Shown piece after piece: positions 26,882 through 33,235 of a DNA stretch of 33,235 nt. Below the pieces are notes generated by a model. The model saw only the letters and a list, made by a program, of their open reading frames with translations, was not told the DNA's origin and did not search any database. The stretch lies in the NCBI GenBank assembly GCA_964012805.1, contig CAXGUD010000040.1, positions 1 through 33,235 on the forward strand. Reading direction: 5' to 3'. Both the position numbers and the translations under genes were made by a program. The stretch is from an uncultured Bacteriovoracaceae bacterium. GTDB taxonomy: Bacteria; Bdellovibrionota; Bacteriovoracia; Bacteriovoracales; Bacteriovoracaceae. Position 1 is the first letter of the stretch. Every line of letters begins with the position of its first letter.

Positions 26882-27226
26882 CTAGGGACGATAGTCTCCT
26901 AGCATCCTCTTCCCTGGGCAAATTTTAAATGCCGGGCAATTACGACATGAGGAAGCTAAGGCAATAGGACAAAGAACAAGGTTATCGAAAACTAAAAGAA
27001 TAATTTCCTTAACAGCAAAAATAAGTATGAGAATTAGATTAGTTATCACATCAAGAGACTTTAGGAAGACGTTTTGAGAGGTAAAGTGGTTCCTCATCTC
27101 CTCGCTCTTATTTATAATGCTTAGGTTTCTTTGTGCTATTTTCTTCCTTTCCTCAGTGCTGCAAGATCGCACTTTAAAACCATGGTCTTTTGAATGTGTT
27201 TCAAGTACTGAATTAGGATGATGCAT
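26882..27226 (-). CDS. Hypothetical protein with TM segment and Cys-rich C-terminal domain
   Basis: AAGGGAGG RBS. C-x7-C-x2-C-x5-C motif (LCPIALASSCRNCPAFKICPGKRMLGDY). Confidence 0.65.
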   Translation of the reverse strand: MHHPNSVLETHSKDHGFKVRSCSTEERKKIAQRNLSIINKSEEMRNHFTSQNVFLKSLDVITNLILILIFAVKEIILLVFDNLVLCPIALASSCRNCPAFKICPGKRMLGDYRP

Positions 27227-27408
27227 GAAGCCTCCCTTTATAATTTCTATTATCCCCTATTTACGCTCAGCATTAAAAAAATTATGTCTAAAAGTCCTAA
27301 ATGTCTAAAATATGTGAACTTTTTCAAGGTTTTGTGAAAAAAAAATTTCTCTAACCAAATTTTGGTGACACAATAAAAAAAAGTTTAACCTCAAGGAGCT
27401 CTTAAGAG

Positions 27409-27945
27409 ATGGTTCAAGAAAGACAGTTTCTTTCAGTGGCAACAATTCTAGCTGAAACGACGAAAGAAGTTTTTGAAAAGCTAGTCAAAACACCCCTGAC
27501 TTTTGGTGAACCCGGCTTTAAAGAAGGTAAGGAAATAAAAGGTGATGTAGCCTCTATTTTAGGCTTAACTGGAGTTAGGCAAATTTCTAAAGAAAGTGGA
27601 GGAGGATCAGCAGATTATAAAGCAATTTTTGTTCTTACCTGGCCACTTGAAGCTTATATAGAAGCATCCAACCTCATGCTTAAAGAAAAATATACAAAGT
27701 ACCAATATGAGATTTCAGATGTTGGTGGTGAGATCTGTAATGTTATTGTCGGGAATGCAAAACCCAAACTAGAGAAAGAAGGCTTTACAGCAAACCTCTC
27801 CATCCCTTCAGTTATTCATGGCAGTAAACACCGAGTGCATTACCCTCTAGGGTCCACTATAGTAGCTGTTCCCTTAAATAGCTCTTACGGTGATATGACT
27901 CTCGAGTTTGGCTATGCAGAGGGAAAAAATAAAGCGAATCCTTAA
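27409..27945 (+). CDS. CheX-like chemotaxis phosphatase
   Basis: DVASILGLTG, D..GE..N motif (DVGGEICNVIVGNAK), LSIPSVIHG. AAGGAG RBS. Confidence 0.82.
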   Translation: MVQERQFLSVATILAETTKEVFEKLVKTPLTFGEPGFKEGKEIKGDVASILGLTGVRQISKESGGGSADYKAIFVLTWPLEAYIEASNLMLKEKYTKYQYEISDVGGEICNVIVGNAKPKLEKEGFTANLSIPSVIHGSKHRVHYPLGSTIVAVPLNSSYGDMTLEFGYAEGKNKANP

Positions 27946-27991
27946 AATCAAATTGAGACCACTCTAAAAAGCACTTCCTTACTAACTATTA

Positions 27992-29527
27992 TTAAAATTG
28001 GTTTAGAAAATGAGCAAGAGTTTGCACTCCTTGTCCATTTGCTCCTGCCCTCGAATAAGGTCCTTTAGGCCCATCTACCCATGCATAGAGGTCCATATGG
28101 GCCCAAGGGGTTTCCCCAACAAAACTCTCAAGAAAGAGAGCAGCTGTGATCGCACCACCAAAACCGTCAACTGCATTGGTCATATCCGCAACATGACTTT
28201 TCATTTTTGCACGAAGGGACTGATCCAGCGGCATCCTCCAGAGAGGGTCTCCTGCTCCCTGTGCTGCTTTTTCAAGTGAAGCGGCTAACTTATCGTCATT
28301 TGAAAAAAGCCCCCCAATTGAAGAACCTAGCCCTACTTTTATAGCTCCTGTCAAAGTAGCTGCATCAACTACCATACAAGGCTTGTCTTTTCCTTTTTGA
28401 GTTACGGCAACATCGAGAGCATCACCTAAAACAAGCCTTCCTTCGGCATCTGTATTATGAATTTCAACAGTCTTTCCATTCCTGGCATGAAGGATGTCAC
28501 CTGGTCTAAAAGAAAGCGCATCGATGGCATTTTCTGCTAAAGGCAAATAAAAGTCACAAGGAACTCCCGCCTGCGATTGAGTAAGATAATAAGCGGTCCC
28601 TACCATGCAAGCCGAACCACCCATATCTTTTTTCATATTCCTCATGGCCCCAGAAGGTTTTATATCGAGACCGCCAGAATCAAAAGTTATCCCTTTTCCA
28701 ACTAAGGCAATAGGGCCTTTTAGTTCTTTGCTTTTAACTAACTTTTTTGGTCTATATTGAATATGAACCATGCAAGGCTTCTCTGAAGCACCTCCACCAA
28801 CACCTAGGATAAGACCCATTTTTTCTTTCTTCAGCCTGGCCTCATTCCAAACGTTAATTTTAACGTTTGGAATGTTTTTGAAAAGTTTGGTGAGGGCCTT
28901 GGAGTAAGCTCCTGGAGTTTTAAAACCCGAAGGGGTATTGACTAGCTCCCTAGCAAGATTTATCCCCTCACCCAATAAATGAGCTTCTTTATGAATCGCT
29001 TTAACTTCTTCTTTTTTCAGTTTATTTCCTTGATAAATTAAACTCAAGTTGGGAAGAGCAAAATTCTCAACGTAATCATAGGCCCCCATTTCAAGCCCGA
29101 CCATAGAGCCTCTAAGAGCCTCCTTCTCCAAGTTTTCAAAATGAATCGTGATCGACTTTCTCTTTTGATCTCTCTTTGTCAAAAAGTTTCCGACAGCATC
29201 CCTCGCCTTTGTATAAAGAGATTCTTGAAGCAAACCGTGATGACTTTTAGACTCTTTTTTAGAATTCTTTTCCAACAAAATGACGTCCAATGAGCCTGTC
29301 TCTGTTTGAAAATGAAAAGGTTTTGAACTACCGTCTTTTAAAAGATCTAATTGCCAAGAGAAGAGGTGATCATTTAAAAGCTTCTTAACATCTTTAAGAG
29401 AAGACTGAGAAACTAAGACAGTACTTCCCTTCTGGTCTAGCTTTAATCCTTTTTGAAAGGCCAATTTTGCTTTTTTCAAAAGAGGTCTTGGAGGTAAGGT
29501 CAAAGTTTTCTTTTCAGCTTGGGCCAT
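27992..29527 (-). CDS. Leucyl aminopeptidase, M17 family
   Basis: LVGKGITFDSGG, MKKDMGG, NTDAEGRL, ATLTGA, WAHMD. Start moved to ATG 29527 (AAAGGA upstream). Confidence 0.93.
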   Translation of the reverse strand: MAQAEKKTLTLPPRPLLKKAKLAFQKGLKLDQKGSTVLVSQSSLKDVKKLLNDHLFSWQLDLLKDGSSKPFHFQTETGSLDVILLEKNSKKESKSHHGLLQESLYTKARDAVGNFLTKRDQKRKSITIHFENLEKEALRGSMVGLEMGAYDYVENFALPNLSLIYQGNKLKKEEVKAIHKEAHLLGEGINLARELVNTPSGFKTPGAYSKALTKLFKNIPNVKINVWNEARLKKEKMGLILGVGGGASEKPCMVHIQYRPKKLVKSKELKGPIALVGKGITFDSGGLDIKPSGAMRNMKKDMGGSACMVGTAYYLTQSQAGVPCDFYLPLAENAIDALSFRPGDILHARNGKTVEIHNTDAEGRLVLGDALDVAVTQKGKDKPCMVVDAATLTGAIKVGLGSSIGGLFSNDDKLAASLEKAAQGAGDPLWRMPLDQSLRAKMKSHVADMTNAVDGFGGAITAALFLESFVGETPWAHMDLYAWVDGPKGPYSRAGANGQGVQTLAHFLNQF

Positions 29528-29725
29528 GATGTTTCCTTTCTTTTTTCTTTTCACGCTTCTTCATCCTTCCAAGGGAAAAGTCCCATATAGATGACAAAAA
29601 AAGCAAAATTTTTTACAAACGAAAGGTTTTTACCTTAATAAAAGAGAAACGTTAACCCTCTAGAGAAATCTTCATCGATTTAAAATGGGTAAACTTTTTT
29701 TGACACATCTAAACAATAGATAGGT

Positions 29726-30367
29726 TTACCAAGTAAGGGGTATAGACCAATGAGTTAAAATGTATCCACCTCCATCTAGGTTCAACCTCATTATAGGATT
29801 AGCACCTAAGGGTAGACCCCTCGAAATTCGATAGACTGTACCGTCATTATCCTTGACGTCAAACTCACGATCCCCTACACCGATGAAATAATTAGATAAA
29901 TTAACTCCACGTCCGTCATTAGGAATTCGATTCAGGACTCTCCCAAGAATCTCATTCAATCTCGTATTGATAGCGGGAAGGGTTCCCCAAGGGTGGTTCT
30001 CAACACTGTCAGCTTCAACTAGGTAAGTACTCATATTGGCCCCCCCCCAATCACTGTAAGAGTTGTAACAAGCAGTAAAGATTTTTAAAACAGTTTTACA
30101 ACTCTTTTTGGGAAGGGATCTGTAGAAGTAATTTCCAAGATATTTATTACTAAACTCACTATTTTTGACCTTCTCCTTAAATCTAAGAAAGAGCTCCATA
30201 TTGCTGTGGTAAGTAACTGTTTGACCACTACCTGGAATCGAACTTCCTGGAGGTTTGTAAGGGTAAGAACCTTTTGGAGCCTCGCCATCGCCTCCACCAC
30301 AGCCCTGGTAGAGGAAAAGTAAAGAGGACAGTAGTCCCAAAGATATAAGAAGGTGTTTAGTTTTCAA
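29726..30367 (-). CDS. Hypothetical lipoprotein
   Basis: GAGG RBS with TTG start, lipobox YQGC, Gly/Pro linker. Confidence 0.7.
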   Translation of the reverse strand: MKTKHLLISLGLLSSLLFLYQGCGGGDGEAPKGSYPYKPPGSSIPGSGQTVTYHSNMELFLRFKEKVKNSEFSNKYLGNYFYRSLPKKSCKTVLKIFTACYNSYSDWGGANMSTYLVEADSVENHPWGTLPAINTRLNEILGRVLNRIPNDGRGVNLSNYFIGVGDREFDVKDNDGTVYRISRGLPLGANPIMRLNLDGGGYILTHWSIPLTW

Positions 30368-30506
30368 TTATCTACCTCACTTTTTGAGACCAACCATAAA
30401 AAATTGGAATTCCCACAAAAATGTTCAAGTATTTCACTTCATTTTTTATTCCTTTCGGCTAAAATGCATCTGTCCGTAAGGAAAAATAGAAAAAAAGGAA
30501 TTAAGT

Positions 30507-31517
30507 TTGAAAAATAAATTAATTACTCTTCTTGGACCAGTGCTGATCATAGGAGCGGTCATTCTTTACTTCGCAATGCCCAAACAGGACCCTGAAACCG
30601 AGCAAGGTACTCAGAATGCTCAAATAGGAAATGAAAAAGAGAAAAGTGATCCCTTGGAAAAAAATCAAGGTCTTAAAGATACAGAAACACCTTTAGCGTC
30701 GAACATAGAAGCTGGAAAACCTTCAGAAGCTCAAAAAGATGGTAAAAGTAACCCATTAGCTTGGGATAGAAATTTTGAAGAGCTTCTCGATTTATCTGGG
30801 GTAGAAAAACAAATAAAGAATTTCGATGAACTTCTTAAAAAGCAGCTTGATTTTGACATGGGGTCACAAGATGGCCCAGCTTGGACTAAAATAATGGCCA
30901 AACACTTTAAAAGTAAGTTCATATTGGCAGAGATCAGAAAAGAATTCAAAAATATTCCCCCTGATGAGTTAAAAAGCATGGTTGAATCCTTCAATGACCC
31001 TCTTATGAAAAAAGTTTCTAAACTGGAGGAGCTTGCTACTGCTAGTGAAGCTCAGGAGCAATTTGAAGAATTTTCGAGTGACTACGACAACCAGCCTCCT
31101 AATGCCGAAAGGGAGAAGTTAATTAAAAGCATAGACCAGCTCTCTGGCTCTACCGAAAACACTGTCAGTATGGTCATGGCCATGATGAAAGGCGCCCAAG
31201 TCGGACAAAATGCAGAACTCCCTCAATCTGAAAAAATACCTCCAGAAGAAATTGACGAGGCCATGAAAGAAATAAGGCCTCAAATCAAAGAAATGATGGC
31301 GGTTTCAATGCAAAAAACTCAAGCATTTGCCTATAAAGACCTTCCTAATGAAGAACTACAAGAGCTAGCTGAAAAACTTCGAGAAAAAAATGTTAAAAAG
31401 TACCAAGGTCTAATTAACAAGGGTATCACCAGAGCGTTCCGCAATATGGGAGAGAACTTGGGAAAAGATATGGCCAAGTTACCTCCTGAAGAAGAAGAAG
31501 CAGAAAAGAATGAATAA
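30507..31517 (+). CDS. Membrane-anchored helical protein (DUF2059-like)
   Basis: N-terminal TM, disordered linker, repeated helical motif (LLDLSG...ELKSMVESFNDPL.KK / FAYKDL..EEL). Confidence 0.6.
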   Translation: MKNKLITLLGPVLIIGAVILYFAMPKQDPETEQGTQNAQIGNEKEKSDPLEKNQGLKDTETPLASNIEAGKPSEAQKDGKSNPLAWDRNFEELLDLSGVEKQIKNFDELLKKQLDFDMGSQDGPAWTKIMAKHFKSKFILAEIRKEFKNIPPDELKSMVESFNDPLMKKVSKLEELATASEAQEQFEEFSSDYDNQPPNAEREKLIKSIDQLSGSTENTVSMVMAMMKGAQVGQNAELPQSEKIPPEEIDEAMKEIRPQIKEMMAVSMQKTQAFAYKDLPNEELQELAEKLREKNVKKYQGLINKGITRAFRNMGENLGKDMAKLPPEEEEAEKNE

Positions 31518-31519
31518 AA

Positions 31520-31546
31520 AAAAAGCCCTCAAAAAGAGGGCTTTTT
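31520..31546. terminator. Bidirectional intrinsic terminator
   Basis: AAAAAGCCCTC-AAAAA-GAGGGCTTTTT between convergent genes. Confidence 0.85.
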
Positions 31547-31570
31547 AATTAACTTATCGAAATTTTTTTC

Positions 31571-33019
31571 TTAACGCTTTGAGCTTGGGTTGTAAAAACT
31601 TGTTTTTTGAACAAGCGGCTTATCAGTTGCTGCTTTTTTCTCTGGGTTTTTAGCAAAAGGAGGAAGAAGCCAGAGGCACATAAAAGCAATAAAAGTTGGA
31701 ACCAATGAACCAATAAATAGCCCTAATGGTTTAATCCCGTCCTTTCCGAAAGAGGCTTTTAAGATTCCAAAACCAGCTGGGTTAGGGGCATTAGCAATAA
31801 CGGTAAGCCCTCCACCAGTGACAGCACCAGCTACAAGAAAGTACTTTTGAGTTTCTGTAATTGTTTTCGACTGGCTACCAAGGTAAGTAAGGGCTGCATT
31901 ATCCGTAATGGCCGTTAGGAATGTTGAACCAATAAATAAGGTCATATCACCTAGCCTCTCTAAAAGAGGCTGGATCCACCAAGCCTGCATTTTTCCAAGG
32001 GTAACAAGTCCCGCTAAAAAGAACCCGACCATGAGGGCCTCAACAATTTTTGGCTTGTCTTGATACTCTTCTGTAACTTTCGCAAACCCAAGATAGAAAA
32101 GGAAAAGACCCATAAAAGCAACCATGTCGTGAGCGCTATAGACAACGGCACCCATGAATAAAAGAGAAACGAGAATTATCCACCAGGTAGGCTCCATCCA
32201 ATTATCATGCTTGGCCTTTATTTCAAGCTCTCCTTGAAGCTCATCTTTAAAATACCAAGCAATCAAGTTTGTGTTAATAACAACAGCAAGCGCAGACTTC
32301 CAACCAAAATAACCTATCATGTGGCCAAAGCCCCAACCCCATTTTCCTGCAACCATAAGGACTGGAGGGGCCGCAAAGTGAGTTAGCGTTCCACCAATTG
32401 AAACGTTCACAAAAAGAAGGCCTAATGTCGCATATTTAAATTTGTTCGACATCTTTCCACTGAAAAAATAATCCAGCATAATAAGACCTGTCACAGTCAT
32501 TGCAGCAGGCTCTGTTATAAAAGAGCCAAGAAGAGGTCCCAAAATAAGAGCTGAAATATAAAATGTTGCCCTTTCATATTTTTTAGGGAGGAAAATGACT
32601 TTAGTAAAAGCGATTATCATTTTTTCTGCCATGACAATTATAGGCCTTGACCCAGCGATGGCCATGATGACAAAAACAAAAGCCGGTTCAGTGAAGTTAA
32701 CACTCATTAAATATTTTAGTGCTCCACCGGCCACAACGTGAGCCCCATCAGCATTTAAAAAATAGCTTCCATCCTCGAGCATCTTATAAGTTCTCCAACC
32801 ATCTGGATCAATAAATGCGTAAGAAACTAAAAAGACAGCTGCCCACATTCCAAAAACGGCTTCTACTTCACCTAAGAAGTGAAAAAGGTTTTCCATGATT
32901 GATCCAGTCGGATAATGATGGGCCATTTGCTGAAACTTAGAGGCAATAAAAGTGTGAATAACAGCTAATGCGAAAATTACGGTCGCCGTTATCTCCAAAG
33001 TGCTCGGGTTAACATTCAT
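31571..33019 (-). CDS. Putative Na+/H+ antiporter (Na_H_antiport_3 / DUF1504 family)
   Basis: HFLGEVEAVFG.W, SFITEPAAMT, NVSIGGTLTHFAAPPVLMVA, TDNAALTYLG, GAVTGGGLTVIANAPNPAG. Start probably ATG 33019. Confidence 0.82.
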   Translation of the reverse strand: MNVNPSTLEITATVIFALAVIHTFIASKFQQMAHHYPTGSIMENLFHFLGEVEAVFGMWAAVFLVSYAFIDPDGWRTYKMLEDGSYFLNADGAHVVAGGALKYLMSVNFTEPAFVFVIMAIAGSRPIIVMAEKMIIAFTKVIFLPKKYERATFYISALILGPLLGSFITEPAAMTVTGLIMLDYFFSGKMSNKFKYATLGLLFVNVSIGGTLTHFAAPPVLMVAGKWGWGFGHMIGYFGWKSALAVVINTNLIAWYFKDELQGELEIKAKHDNWMEPTWWIILVSLLFMGAVVYSAHDMVAFMGLFLFYLGFAKVTEEYQDKPKIVEALMVGFFLAGLVTLGKMQAWWIQPLLERLGDMTLFIGSTFLTAITDNAALTYLGSQSKTITETQKYFLVAGAVTGGGLTVIANAPNPAGFGILKASFGKDGIKPLGLFIGSLVPTFIAFMCLWLLPPFAKNPEKKAATDKPLVQKTSFYNPSSKR

Positions 33020-33176
33020 AAAACCAGCCTTTTTTAAAGTTAAACCTAAAATGCTCAACTAAAACTTAATTTTGAACAAAGGTGTCCTTATAAACCAAAA
33101 TTATCATAAATAAAATATATTGAAACTTAGGAAAATTATCCCCTTTTATTAGAAAGGATTAAAAAAACAAGCCCAG

Positions 33177-33235
33177 GAAAAAGAAAAAGAAAAAGAAAAA
33201 GAAAAAGAAAAAGAAAAAGAAAAAGAAAAAGAAAA
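33177..33235 (+). repeat. Perfect (GAAAAA)n tandem repeat running off the window end
   Basis: 9 complete units plus a partial tenth. Confidence 0.95.

Noticed and set aside
26739..26921. 60-aa minus-strand ORF and TGTTTGAC/GTCAAACA inverted repeat near 26764-26801
   Set aside because: The ORF overlaps the Cys-rich gene and lacks motifs. The 8-bp repeat has no transposase or target duplication to support a mobile element.
587..30994. Numerous 60-101 aa ORFs nested in or antisense to larger genes
   Set aside because: They are shadow frames of well-supported CDSs, without RBS or domain evidence.
1..33235. CRISPR arrays, integrases, prophage or anti-phage defence genes
   Set aside because: No repeat-spacer pattern, and no nuclease, recombinase, reverse transcriptase or phage structural motifs were recognised.

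Overview
AT-rich bacterial chromosomal segment. The gene repertoire and style suggest Bdellovibrionota (Bacteriovoracia-like); this is an inference only. It holds about 37 protein genes. No rRNA, tRNA, CRISPR array or transposase was recognised. Housekeeping and transport genes include a carbamoyltransferase fragment, a COG4337-type carbonic-anhydrase-like protein, MFS and ABC transporters, YqeY, QueF, SlyD-like PPIase, CheX-like protein, M17 aminopeptidase and a putative Na+/H+ antiporter. Four things stand out. (1) A visibly more AT-rich 7-gene extracytoplasmic redox operon (22573-26522). It has two secreted proteins with DxxTGAT flavinylation motifs (one an ankyrin-repeat protein), three CxxC thioredoxin-fold proteins and an outer-membrane beta-barrel. 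It also has a small CxxC-tailed lipoprotein gene that the ORF track missed because it is frameshifted in poly-T tracts. (2) A single-ORF fusion of ferrochelatase with a DHA1-type MFS transporter. (3) An iron-related cluster: di-heme peroxidase plus flavodoxin, bacterioferritin, Fe3+-binding protein and a DUF6607-like operon. (4) Two candidate structured non-coding RNAs, one with its own near-consensus sigma70 promoter. All family calls come from motif recognition, not database searches.
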